IMG/VR virus record: IMGVR_UViG_2778261246_000010
Source: a virus
Taxonomy: Duplodnaviria; Heunggongvirae; Uroviricota; Caudoviricetes
Reading direction: 5' to 3' (one strand)
Length of the DNA stretch: 33,479 nt
Positions 17,944 to 27,126 of this stretch are shown here, in pieces (within the stretch, counting starts at the first letter, position 1; each line of letters opens with the position of its first letter). The position numbers were made by a program, and so were the translations under genes. The notes beneath the pieces are model-generated. The model had not been told where the DNA came from. It ran no database searches and saw only the letters and a program-made list of their open reading frames with translations.

Positions 17944-18219
17944 ATGTTAAGTAACCTTCCCGGATTGCTGAATGTGGCGTTATGCACGGTTATCGTGCTG
18001 ACGCTCTTTTTTTATCGTCGTCGCGATTCCAGGCATAAACCGCTGATGTCATGGCTGGCCTGGCTGCTGATGCTGCTGTATGCCTTTGCGCCTCTCAGCT
18101 ATCTGTGTGGTTGCCCGTTAGCAACGGGCTGGCTGGATGTGTTTTTTAATCTGCTGTTCTGCGTGCTGGTGATACGCGCACGCGGGAACGTCACAAGAAT
18201 CTTTCCATTGTTGAGGTGA
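17944..18219 (+). CDS. Small membrane protein (91 aa, about 3 TM segments); holin-like candidate
   Basis: Strong GGAGGAGG Shine-Dalgarno 7 nt upstream; three hydrophobic stretches; immediately upstream of the M15 peptidase gene. Confidence 0.55.
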   Translation: MLSNLPGLLNVALCTVIVLTLFFYRRRDSRHKPLMSWLAWLLMLLYAFAPLSYLCGCPLATGWLDVFFNLLFCVLVIRARGNVTRIFPLLR

Positions 18220-18221
18220 AT

Positions 18222-18599
18222 ATGTCGGGTAAATTCAGATTCAGCCGCCGGAGCGAGAAAAATCTGGAAGGCGTCAAACCACAGCTGGTTGCTGTAGTTC
18301 GCCGCGCCCTTGAACTGTCGGAGGTTGATTTCGGTATTACGGAAGGCCTGCGCACGAAAGAACGCCAGAAACAGCTGGTTGCAGAAGGCAAGAGCCAGAC
18401 CATGAACAGCCGCCACCTGACCGGTGATGCGGTGGATGTTGTGGCCTGGGTTGGCAGCCAGGTGTCATGGGACTGGCCTCTGTACGAGAAAATCGCGCAG
18501 GCATTTAAGCAGGCTGCCGCAGAGCTGGGAACTGCCATCGAATGGGGCGGGGACTGGAAAACGCTGAAAGACGGACCTCACTTTCAGTTGAAGCGTTGA
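18222..18599 (+). CDS. Peptidase M15-family zinc peptidase (VanY-like; candidate second endolysin)
   Basis: SxHxxGxAxD motif present as SRHLTGDAVD plus a downstream His; start 2 nt after the preceding stop. Confidence 0.75.
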   Translation: MSGKFRFSRRSEKNLEGVKPQLVAVVRRALELSEVDFGITEGLRTKERQKQLVAEGKSQTMNSRHLTGDAVDVVAWVGSQVSWDWPLYEKIAQAFKQAAAELGTAIEWGGDWKTLKDGPHFQLKR

Positions 18600-18613
18600 T
18601 AATCAGGTGGGTT

Positions 18614-18796
18614 ATGAGCAGAAAACACTGGACACACAGAATGCCGCGAACGACGGCGAAATGGGCACTGGTAGCGATACTGGTGCCTTTTTTATTGGCG
18701 GGATGCGTCAGCCTGGATAGGGCGCGTCAGCTTTTGGATGCTGCCTCTCAGGTCTGTGAAATTGTCAATGGTGTCCGACAGTGTATGCATAACTGA
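18614..18796 (+). CDS. Small lipoprotein (60-aa precursor, lipobox LLAGC)
   Basis: AGGTGGG Shine-Dalgarno; signal peptide MSRKHWTHRMPRTTAKWALVAILVPFLLAG then Cys; about 30-aa mature part with 3 further Cys; not proline-rich like Rz1. Confidence 0.6.
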   Translation: MSRKHWTHRMPRTTAKWALVAILVPFLLAGCVSLDRARQLLDAASQVCEIVNGVRQCMHN

Positions 18797-18919
18797 ACGA
18801 CTGAAATGGCAGAATATTTTGCTGAAAAATGAAGGGGTGTCCGCGTCCGGAAAGCATGAAATTCTGCTGCGTGTACCAATTTTATCTTATTCATTCTAAA
18901 TCTTGCCGAATCAAGCAAC

Positions 18920-18945
18920 TGCCCGGTCGGCAAGGGGCATTTTTA
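18920..18945 (+). terminator. Putative intrinsic terminator
   Basis: TGCCC-ggtcggcaa-GGGGCA followed by TTTTT. Confidence 0.4.
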
Positions 18946-18957
18946 TCCGGAGGGGAT

Positions 18958-19179
18958 ATGAAGAGATTACTGGTAACCGTAAAGCCCTTTAACGGAACGA
19001 TTCCATTCAGGGTTTTGCAGCGTGGACGTGTTCTGGTTAAGGATATCTTCAGTGGTAAATGCACGGAATGTTATTCCCGGACATATGAAGTGGATGCCAC
19101 GGATGAAGAAATTTCTGTTGAATGTGATCTTAACGCGAATATGGCGGAGATTGTAACAGCCACGTTGTTGCCTGTTTAA
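18958..19179 (+). CDS. Hypothetical late-region protein (73 aa)
   Basis: GGAGGGGAT Shine-Dalgarno directly upstream of the ATG; own upstream terminator. Confidence 0.5.
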   Translation: MKRLLVTVKPFNGTIPFRVLQRGRVLVKDIFSGKCTECYSRTYEVDATDEEISVECDLNANMAEIVTATLLPV

Positions 19180-19222
19180 TGAATGACATAGAATGTCTCT
19201 GGGTACCCAAAAGGAGAACACT

Positions 19223-19438
19223 ATGTTTGTAGAAAATAACCTGAAGGCTGATCCTGATAATCAGGGATGGGTTCTGGGTTGGGCTGTTGTACGTGATAAA
19301 CCGTGGCATCTGGTCGGTATTTATGCAACGGAGGATGGCGCAAAGTCTAAACGCTCTGAATTGAATGGGGAGTATGAAGTTCGTTATGGTTCCCATCGTT
19401 TAGGTAGTGATGATTTTATGTCTGTAGGACTTAGCTAA
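19223..19438 (+). CDS. Hypothetical late-region protein (71 aa)
   Basis: AAAGGAGAACACT-ATG; followed by a strong terminator. Confidence 0.5.
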   Translation: MFVENNLKADPDNQGWVLGWAVVRDKPWHLVGIYATEDGAKSKRSELNGEYEVRYGSHRLGSDDFMSVGLS

Positions 19439-19460
19439 CTGGCTGTGATGCCTGTTTGTA

Positions 19461-19485
19461 GCCCCGCAAATGCGGGGCTTTTTAT
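19461..19485 (+). terminator. Intrinsic terminator
   Basis: GCCCCGCA-aa-TGCGGGGC followed by TTTTTAT. Confidence 0.7.
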
Positions 19486-19499
19486 ATCTGGAGACGATA

Positions 19500-19796
19500 A
19501 TGGAAAAAACAGAAAACAAACCGGTTGTAATTGGTGCTGTGGCTGTTCCGTTTAAGTTTGAACTTTCACAACTGGTGGAAATGTGCATCAGTGATGAATG
19601 GGGTGAGGTTAAAGCCCGCGCTCAGTATACGGATGGCGAAAACCAGTACTTACTCCACTACAAAGCTGCTGATGGTCGCGCCACGACGGAGTGGTTTGGT
19701 GAGTCAATGCTGGAAGCAACAGAAGATGATCGCCATCCTGGCTGTCCGGTATTTGCCGGTATGAAATTACCGGAAGGCACGGTCGTTACTGAGTAA
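19500..19796 (+). CDS. Hypothetical late-region protein (98 aa)
   Basis: GGAGACG Shine-Dalgarno; ORF follows the terminator. Confidence 0.55.
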   Translation: MEKTENKPVVIGAVAVPFKFELSQLVEMCISDEWGEVKARAQYTDGENQYLLHYKAADGRATTEWFGESMLEATEDDRHPGCPVFAGMKLPEGTVVTE

Positions 19797-20164
19797 CAGC
19801 AGGCATTACAGCAGCCCTTCACACAGAGGGGCTGCGATAATGTGAGAAATAAAAAACAGGTCACAGGGAGCCGCTACACAGAACCGGCTGGCGAAGACCG
19901 CCAATACCACCCATGCATTGATGCAGTATACTAATGACAATAGCCGCTATTGATGTAAATGCAATGTTATACATCGACGAAAATAAAAAACCGGCAGGGG
20001 AAATCCAGTAAAGATTTGCCGGTGGCAAAAGATGGCCATGCTTTCAACCTTAGTCGCAGGGTTACGGAATGCAACAACAAATGCCACAGGTATATGGCTG
20101 AATGGTGTTTCAATGATGTACGTCATCTTATCCTTAAATGTTAATGACAGGTGTTCTCATTTTT

Positions 20165-20215
20165 GCGGGTCCTCCCGGAGGGGTGGCTTACCACGGGGCG
20201 GGAGCGTCGCGGAAA
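20165..20215 (+). other. Candidate cos site (cosN), about 190 bp upstream of the small terminase gene
   Basis: ...ccACG GGGCGGGAGCGT CGCGG... parallels the lambda cohesive-end context (ACG GGGCGGCGACCT CGCGG); AT-rich cosB-like tract follows. Confidence 0.5.
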
Positions 20216-20391
20216 AAGGCTAGTTTTTGCATTTCCATGGCGGCGGCAGCATGTTCGGTAATTTATTGATAATTAAAAGTTATTTCTCTTTTCGCCTGTA
20301 CAATATTTTTTTCTCCCTGTCATTAGACTAGTTTGCAATTAATTGAAATATATAAATAAACCCGATTTTCACCTGCCAGATGGAGTTGCTT

Positions 20392-20919
20392 ATGTCAAAT
20401 GTGAGCGGGATCGGTGATGCTTATTACTGGAGTGTTTTTAAAATCGCCGAGGCCTTTGGGCTTCACCGGGACACAGTAAAAAAACGGCTCCTCGCGGCCA
20501 ACACTCCTGTGGCAGCGACTGTCAGGGGGAACCCCGTTTACGCCCTGCAGCATGTCGGGCCTGCCCTGTTTAGTGTGAAGCATGAGGCAGCAGACTCTGT
20601 TCATGATCCATCCCGTATGGAGCCGAAAGAGAGAAAGGACTGGTACCAGTCTGAAAATGAAAGGATCAAGCTGGAAAAGGAGCAGCGAAAACTCATCCCC
20701 GTTGATGAAGTAGTCATCGTCTATTCGTCCATGAGAAAGGCTGTCGTCCAGGTTCTGGAGACAATTCCGGATGTTCTTGAGCGCGATTGCGCCCTGACTC
20801 CTCAGGCCGTCGGCGTTGTACAGCAGGCCATTGATGACCTGCGATACACTCTTCAGGAAAAATCCTACGAGGCTTGTGCTGCTGAATTAATTCCTGATGA
20901 GGAAGGAGAGAGTCTCTAG
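20392..20919 (+). CDS. Terminase small subunit (Nu1-like)
   Basis: N-terminal HTH-like region and ELIP C-terminal tail resembling Nu1; directly upstream of the large terminase. Start could also be the ATG at 20380. Confidence 0.65.
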   Translation: MSNVSGIGDAYYWSVFKIAEAFGLHRDTVKKRLLAANTPVAATVRGNPVYALQHVGPALFSVKHEAADSVHDPSRMEPKERKDWYQSENERIKLEKEQRKLIPVDEVVIVYSSMRKAVVQVLETIPDVLERDCALTPQAVGVVQQAIDDLRYTLQEKSYEACAAELIPDEEGESL

Positions 20920-20927
20920 GAGGAATA

Positions 20928-23027
20928 ATGGGTTTTTCATCAGCCCGAAATTTGGGAAGGGACATATCGGCAGGATTTTCCCCACCACGTCGCATGCCGA
21001 TTTCGGAGGCTGTTAAAAAATTCATGCGTGTTCCCAAGGGGGCTGGTAACTCGGTGCCATGGGATCCTGAACTGACACCCTACATCATTGAGCCCATGAA
21101 CTGCCTGGCATCGCGTGAATACGATGCGGTGATTTTTGTTGGTCCTGCGCGAACAGGGAAGACCATTGGTCTGATCGATGGATGGATTGTCTATACCATC
21201 GTTTGCGATCCTTCGGACATGCTCGTTGTGCAGATGACCGAAGATAAGGCCCGCGAGCATTCTAAAAAGCGCCTCGACAGAACGTTCAGAAGCAGTGCGG
21301 CGGTAAAGAAAAGAATGAGTCCACGTCGTAACGACAATAATGTTCATGATAAGACGTTCAGGGATGGCTCGTTCCTTAAAATTGGTTGGCCCTCGGTCAA
21401 CATTATGTCGTCGTCGGATTACCGGTTTGTCGCCTTAACCGATTACGACCGTTTTCCGGAGAATATCGACAGCGAGGGTGATGGTTTCTCCCTGGCCTCA
21501 AAACGTACCACCACATTTATGTCCGCCGGGATGACTCTGGTGGAGAGCTCGCCGGGACGTGACATCTGCGACAGCAAATGGCGACGTAAGTCGCCTCATG
21601 AAGCGCCACCGACGACTGGTATTCTTTCCCTTTACAATCGTGGTGACCGCCGCCGCTGGTACTGGCCATGTCCGCACTGCGGTGAATATTTTCAGCCAGC
21701 CATGGATGCCATGACCGGCTACCGTAATGAACCGGATCCCTTTAAAGCCAGTGAGGCGGCGTATCTACTTTGCCCGCACTGCAGCGGCATTATCACTGCG
21801 GAGAAAAAGCGTGAGCTCAATAGTGCAGGAGTCTGGTTGCGTGAAGGTCAGGTCATTGATCGTAACGGCAACGTTTCCGGTGAACCGCGCCGCTCCCGTA
21901 TCGCCAGTTTCTGGATGGAAGGGCCAGCTGCTGCGTATCAGACCTGGGCGCAACTGGTTTACAAATTACTGACTGCAGAACAGGAGTATGAAGCGACAGG
22001 AAGCGAAGAAACACTCAGGGCGGTTATCAACACCGACTGGGGATTGCCTTATCTTCCTCGTGCCAGCATGGAGCAACGAAAAAGTGAATTGCTTGAGCAG
22101 CGGGCAGAGCCAGTTCCTTCCCGCAGTGTGCCGGATGGCGTTAATTTCCTTGTGGCGACAGTGGATGTGCAGGCGGGACGTCATCGCCGTTTTGTGGTTC
22201 AGGTAACAGGCTATGGCAGTCGTGGCGAACGCTGGATTATTGATCGTTACAACATCACGCAGTCATTGCGCAGTGACTGCGACGGGGAGAGCCAGCGAAT
22301 TGATCCGGCCAGCTATCCGGAAGACTGGGATGTCCTGCTGACAGATGTTTTTCATAAAAGCTGGCCGCTGGCCTCCGATCCTTCTCAACAAATGCGACTG
22401 ATGGCAATGGCGGTGGACTCCGGCGGTGAAGACGGGGTCACTGATAATGCCTATAAATTCTGGCGTCGTTGCCGTCGTGATGGCCTTGGTAAACGTATTT
22501 ACCTGTTTAAGGGCGACAGCATCCGGCGCGCAAAACTGATCAGCCGTACATTCCCTGATAACACCGGACGAACGGGCCGACGGGCGCAGGCCGCAGGTGA
22601 TGTGCCGCTCTGGCTTCTTCAGACGGATGCCCTGAAAGACCGGGTGAATAACGCGTTATGGCGTGACTCGCCAGGTCCCGGCTATGTGCATTTCCCTGAC
22701 TGGCTGGGGAGCTGGTTTTACGACGAACTGACGTATGAAGAGCGGAGCAGTGACGGGAAATGGAGTAAGCCGGGTCGCGGTGCCAACGAAGCTTTTGACC
22801 TGATGGTGTATGCCGAGGCTCTGGTCATTCTGCATGGATACGAAAAGATCCGCTGGCCGGATGCACCGGAGTGGGCGAGCCGGGAAACCTGGCTGGAGTG
22901 TGTCCCGGACAGTACCGAACCGTCACCCTCACCGGAACCGGTATCCACGCCTGTTAAAAAACAAAAACGGAAGAAAACAGTAACTGACGATGTTAACCCC
23001 TGGCTGACTTCCGGAGGATGGTTATGA
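20928..23027 (+). CDS. Terminase large subunit (GpA family)
   Basis: 699-aa ORF with an ATPase P-loop-like VGPARTGKT and Zn-finger-like CPHCG...CPHC; AGGAGGAATA Shine-Dalgarno. Confidence 0.9.
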   Translation: MGFSSARNLGRDISAGFSPPRRMPISEAVKKFMRVPKGAGNSVPWDPELTPYIIEPMNCLASREYDAVIFVGPARTGKTIGLIDGWIVYTIVCDPSDMLVVQMTEDKAREHSKKRLDRTFRSSAAVKKRMSPRRNDNNVHDKTFRDGSFLKIGWPSVNIMSSSDYRFVALTDYDRFPENIDSEGDGFSLASKRTTTFMSAGMTLVESSPGRDICDSKWRRKSPHEAPPTTGILSLYNRGDRRRWYWPCPHCGEYFQPAMDAMTGYRNEPDPFKASEAAYLLCPHCSGIITAEKKRELNSAGVWLREGQVIDRNGNVSGEPRRSRIASFWMEGPAAAYQTWAQLVYKLLTAEQEYEATGSEETLRAVINTDWGLPYLPRASMEQRKSELLEQRAEPVPSRSVPDGVNFLVATVDVQAGRHRRFVVQVTGYGSRGERWIIDRYNITQSLRSDCDGESQRIDPASYPEDWDVLLTDVFHKSWPLASDPSQQMRLMAMAVDSGGEDGVTDNAYKFWRRCRRDGLGKRIYLFKGDSIRRAKLISRTFPDNTGRTGRRAQAAGDVPLWLLQTDALKDRVNNALWRDSPGPGYVHFPDWLGSWFYDELTYEERSSDGKWSKPGRGANEAFDLMVYAEALVILHGYEKIRWPDAPEWASRETWLECVPDSTEPSPSPEPVSTPVKKQKRKKTVTDDVNPWLTSGGWL

Positions 23028-23236
23028 ATCAGAATGATATTGAAGCCATGATTCAGCGTTATACGGAAGCTGAAATGGCGGTGCTGGACGGAAAATCCGT
23101 CACTTTTAATGGTCAGCAGATGACCATGGAAAACTTATCTGAGATCCGGCAGGGGCGGCAGGAGTGGGAGCGCCGCCTTGCGGCTCTGATTACACGACGA
23201 CGTGGGCATCCCGGGTACCGGCTGGCGAGGTTCTGA
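23024..23236 (+). CDS. Head-tail joining protein (gpW-like)
   Basis: About 70 aa between terminase and portal, as in lambda; C-terminal RRRG as in gpW; ATGA overlap with the terminase stop. Confidence 0.6.
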   Translation: MNQNDIEAMIQRYTEAEMAVLDGKSVTFNGQQMTMENLSEIRQGRQEWERRLAALITRRRGHPGYRLARF

Positions 23237-24711
23237 TGGCAATTCTTGATGATGTGATTGGCGTTTTTTCACCAGGATGGAAAGCGGCAAGGCTGCGTTC
23301 CCGTGCGGTGATCCAGGCTTATGAGGCCGTAAAAACGACGCGGACACACAAAGCCCGACGGGAGAACCGAACTGCCGACCAGTTAAGCCAGTACGGGGCC
23401 GTGTCGTTACGTGAGCAGGCCCGTTACCTTGATAACAACCACGATCTGGTCATTGGTGTATTTGACAAGCTGGAAGAACGGGTGGTGGGGAAAAACGGGA
23501 TTATTGTCGAGCCACATCCGGTATTACGCAATGGGGCCATTGCCCGTGATCTGGCAGCGGAGATACGTACCCGATGGAGTGAATGGTCTGTCAGTCCGGA
23601 GGTCACCGGGCAGTTTACCCGTCCGATGCTGGAACGTCTGATGCTGCGTACCTGGCTGCGCGATGGTGAGGTGTTTGCCCAGATGGTTTCCGGGCGCATA
23701 AACAGCCTGACGCCTTCTGCCGGTGTTCATTTCTGGCTGGAGGCGCTCGAGCCGGACTTTATTCCCATGACCAGTGATGAGAGCAACAGGCTGAATCAGG
23801 GCGTGTTTGTTGATGACTGGGGGCGTCCCGAAAAATATCTGGTGTATAAAAGTCGTCCTGTATCCGGACGGCAGATGGAAACCAAAGAAGTGGATGCAGA
23901 GCGAATGCTGCATCTTAAATTTGTTCGCCGTCTGCACCAGATGCGCGGGACGTCTTTATTGTCCGGTGTGCTGATCCGCCTCAGCGCCCTGAAAGAGTAT
24001 GAAGATTCTGAGCTGACTGCAGCAAGGGTCGCCGCTGCTCTGGGGATGTACATCCGCAAAGGCGACGGACAGAGCTATGAAACGGATGGTAATGACAGCA
24101 AGGAGAATGAACGCGAGCTTACCATTCAGCCAGGCATTATTTACGACGATCTGAAACCCGGCGAAGAAATCGGAATGGTGAAGTCGGATCGCCCAAATCC
24201 TAACCTTGAAACTTTTCGTAATGCTCAGTTGCGTGCCGTGGCGGCGGGCAGTCGTCTGAGTTTTTCCAGTACAGCGCGCAACTATAACGGCACTTACAGC
24301 GCCCAGCGTCAGGAGCTGGTTGAATCCACTGATGGCTACCTGATCCTGCAGGACTGGTTTATTGGTGCCGTCACCCGCCCGATGTATCGTGCCTGGCTGA
24401 AACAGGCTGTGGCATCCGGTGTTATCAGGCTACCCCGCGATCTTGACCGTTCTTCACTGTATACCGCGGTGTATTCCGGACCGGTGATGCCGTGGATTGA
24501 CCCTGTTAAGGAGGCTGAGGCCTGGAAAATCCAGATTCGTGGTGGAGCGGCGACAGAATCAGACTGGGTACGTGCAGGTGGTCGTAATCCGGATGATGTC
24601 AAACGTCGGCGCAAGGCCGAAATTGATGAAAACCGCAAGCTGGACCTGGTATTTGATACCGATCCGGCCAGTGATAAAGGAGGCAGCAGTGCCGCAACGA
24701 AACGACAGTAG
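23236..24711 (+). CDS. Portal protein
   Basis: 491-aa ORF in the conserved portal position; ATGA overlap with the W-like gene. Confidence 0.85.
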   Translation: MAILDDVIGVFSPGWKAARLRSRAVIQAYEAVKTTRTHKARRENRTADQLSQYGAVSLREQARYLDNNHDLVIGVFDKLEERVVGKNGIIVEPHPVLRNGAIARDLAAEIRTRWSEWSVSPEVTGQFTRPMLERLMLRTWLRDGEVFAQMVSGRINSLTPSAGVHFWLEALEPDFIPMTSDESNRLNQGVFVDDWGRPEKYLVYKSRPVSGRQMETKEVDAERMLHLKFVRRLHQMRGTSLLSGVLIRLSALKEYEDSELTAARVAAALGMYIRKGDGQSYETDGNDSKENERELTIQPGIIYDDLKPGEEIGMVKSDRPNPNLETFRNAQLRAVAAGSRLSFSSTARNYNGTYSAQRQELVESTDGYLILQDWFIGAVTRPMYRAWLKQAVASGVIRLPRDLDRSSLYTAVYSGPVMPWIDPVKEAEAWKIQIRGGAATESDWVRAGGRNPDDVKRRRKAEIDENRKLDLVFDTDPASDKGGSSAATKRQ

Positions 24712-24757
24712 CCGCAGCACACCGACGACCAGTCCGAAGAATAATTCCTGGTTCAGG

Positions 24758-26716
24758 ATGCAGGCTGGTCACCAGAGTGACGCGGATATTTATATTTATG
24801 ACGAGATTGGTTTCTGGGGTGTTACAGCGAAGCAGTTTATCAGTGATCTGAATGCACTGGGCGATATCACCCACATTAATCTCCATATCAATTCACCGGG
24901 TGGCGATGTCTTTGAAGGCATCGCCATTTTTAATGCACTGAAAACACATGGTGCGTCCATTACCGCTTATGTCGACGGTGTGGCGGCATCAATGGCGTCG
25001 GTCATTGCGATGGTGGGAAACCCGGTCATTATGCCGGAAAACACCTTCATGATGATTCATAAACCATTTGGCTTTACGGGCGGTGATGCGGAGGACATGC
25101 GCACCTATGCCGACCTGCTCGATAAAGTTGAGGCGGTTCTGTTACCCGCTTATGCACAGAAAACCGGGAAAACCACCGATGAAATTGCTGCCATGCTGGC
25201 GGATGAGACCTGGATGTCCGGTGCCGAATGTCTGGCACAGGGATTTGCTGATCAGGTGACGCCAGCCGTTAAGGCAATGGCATGTATTCAGTCAAAACGT
25301 ACAGAGGAATTTAAAAAGATGCCGGAATCCATTCGAAATATGATTACTCCGCCACGCAACAGTGCTCCACGCGTACAGGATGATGGACCTGCAGCCTCCC
25401 GGACGCCAGTGCAGGCAGCAGCACCCGTGGTGGATGAAAACAGCATCCGTGCGCAGGTCCTGGCAGAGCAAAAAGCGCGTGTAAACGGTATTAATGATCT
25501 GTTTGCCATGTTTGGCGGGCGTTATCAGTCGTTGCAGGCTCAGTGTCTTGCCGATCCTGAATGTTCGCTGGAGCAGGCCCGCGAAAAGCTGTTGAACGAG
25601 ATGGGGCGCGAGTCCACGCCATCCAATAAAAATACCCCGGCTCATATTTATGCCGGTAACGGTAATTTTGTGGGGGACGGGATCCGCCAGGCGCTGATGG
25701 CGCGTGCCGGATTTGAAAAAACCGAACGTGATAATGTCTACAACGGGATGACCCTGCGTGAATATGCCCGTATGTCACTGACTGAACGGGGTATTGGGGT
25801 TTCCAGTTATAACCCGATGCAGATGGTCGGTGCGGCGTTCACACACAGTACGTCTGACTTCGGTAATATTCTGCTGGATGTTGCGAACAAAGCCATTCTG
25901 CAGGGCTGGGAAGATGCCCCTGAAACCTATGAACAGTGGACGCGGAAAGGTCAGTTGTCTGATTTTAAAATTGCCCATCGCGTGGGTATGGGGGGCTTCA
26001 GTGCTCTGCGTCAGGTGCGTGAAGGGGCGGAATATAAATACGTCACCACCGGAGATAAACAGGCCACTATTGCACTGGCGACCTATGGCGAGCTGTTCAG
26101 TATCACCCGTCAGGCCATTATCAATGATGATCTGAATATGCTGACCGATGTCCCGATGAAACTGGGCCGTGCGGCGAAATCCACTATTGCCGATCTGGTT
26201 TATGCCATTCTGACGTCTAACCCGAAAATCTCCACAGATAATGTAAGTCTGTTCGATAAAGCGAAACATGCAAACGTACTGGAGAGCGCTGCAATGGACG
26301 TGGCATCGCTGGATAAAGCCCGCCAGTTGATGCGCGTTCAGAAAGAGGGGGAGCGTCATCTGAATATTCGTCCTGCGTTCGTACTGGTACCGACGGCGAT
26401 GGAGTCTGTTGCTAACCAGGTCATTCGCTCCTCAAGTGTCAAGGGGGCTGACATTAACGCCGGTATTATTAACCCGGTGAAAGATTTTGCGACCGTTATT
26501 GCAGAGCCTCGTCTTGATGATAACAGCCAGACCACCTTCTACCTGGCTGCGTCAAAAGGCTCCGATACGATTGAAGTGGCTTATCTCAACGGTGTGGATA
26601 CGCCATATATTGATCAGATGGAGGGCTTCAGTGTGGATGGCGTGACAACGAAAGTGCGTATTGACGCCGGTGTCGCGCCAGTTGATCACCGCGGTCTGGT
26701 GAAATGTACGGCGTAA
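24758..26716 (+). CDS. Head maturation protease (ClpP-like) fused to major capsid protein; start uncertain
   Basis: Continuous ORF: N-terminal ClpP/S14-like domain, Ala/Pro-rich linker, C-terminal capsid-like domain. First ATG after the portal stop is 24758; ORF is open upstream from 24497. Confidence 0.75.
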   Translation: MQAGHQSDADIYIYDEIGFWGVTAKQFISDLNALGDITHINLHINSPGGDVFEGIAIFNALKTHGASITAYVDGVAASMASVIAMVGNPVIMPENTFMMIHKPFGFTGGDAEDMRTYADLLDKVEAVLLPAYAQKTGKTTDEIAAMLADETWMSGAECLAQGFADQVTPAVKAMACIQSKRTEEFKKMPESIRNMITPPRNSAPRVQDDGPAASRTPVQAAAPVVDENSIRAQVLAEQKARVNGINDLFAMFGGRYQSLQAQCLADPECSLEQAREKLLNEMGRESTPSNKNTPAHIYAGNGNFVGDGIRQALMARAGFEKTERDNVYNGMTLREYARMSLTERGIGVSSYNPMQMVGAAFTHSTSDFGNILLDVANKAILQGWEDAPETYEQWTRKGQLSDFKIAHRVGMGGFSALRQVREGAEYKYVTTGDKQATIALATYGELFSITRQAIINDDLNMLTDVPMKLGRAAKSTIADLVYAILTSNPKISTDNVSLFDKAKHANVLESAAMDVASLDKARQLMRVQKEGERHLNIRPAFVLVPTAMESVANQVIRSSSVKGADINAGIINPVKDFATVIAEPRLDDNSQTTFYLAASKGSDTIEVAYLNGVDTPYIDQMEGFSVDGVTTKVRIDAGVAPVDHRGLVKCTA

Positions 26717-26740
26717 ACGTCGCAGACAACAACTCTGATG

Positions 26741-26759
26741 GCCCGTAAGGGCTTTTTTT
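26741..26759 (+). terminator. Intrinsic terminator after the capsid gene
   Basis: GCCC-gtaa-GGGC followed by TTTTTTT. Confidence 0.6.
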
Positions 26760-26802
26760 GTACCTGAAATCAGCCCCTGAACGGGGCTGTGCGGAGACAG
26801 TT

Positions 26803-27126
26803 ATGGCAAAGAATTTTGTAGAAGAAGGAAAAACGGTGGCGATTGTTGCCAGTGCAGCCATCAGCAGCGGAGATCTGGTGCAGGTGGGTGATGTTTTTGC
26901 GGTGGCGCTGACCGATATTCCACAGGGTGAAACAGGCGACGGCATGACCGAAGGTGTGTTTATGCTGCCTAAGCTGAAAACGGATGACATGAAAACGGGT
27001 AAGAAGGTTTATCTGAAGTCCGGAAAAGTTCAGCTGACTAACAGCGGCTCTGATCCGCTGGTCGGGGTTGTCTGGGCAGATGCCGGAACCAGTGCAGAAG
27101 AAGTGCCGGTAAAACTCAATGTCTGA
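26803..27126 (+). CDS. DUF2190-like small head protein (putative decoration protein, 107 aa)
   Basis: Pattern GVF.LPK...G.KVY....V resembles the DUF2190 family found after HK97-fold capsid genes. Confidence 0.55.
   Translation: MAKNFVEEGKTVAIVASAAISSGDLVQVGDVFAVALTDIPQGETGDGMTEGVFMLPKLKTDDMKTGKKVYLKSGKVQLTNSGSDPLVGVVWADAGTSAEEVPVKLNV

Noticed and set aside
17718-17954. 78-aa ORF (GTG start) overlapping the Rz-like fragment
   Set aside because: No convincing start signal and overlaps adjacent ORFs; cannot tell whether it is a real small membrane protein or a frame artefact of a decayed Rz region, so it is discussed only within the lysis-region finding.
19985-20025. Inverted repeat CCGGCA...TGCCGG with flanking A/T runs
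   Set aside because: The roughly 20-nt loop makes a terminator call weak; could be part of the cos-proximal region.
25775-26359. 194-aa minus-strand ORF inside the capsid gene, and similar antisense ORFs in the terminase and portal genes
   Set aside because: Embedded antisense in well-supported structural genes; no start signals.
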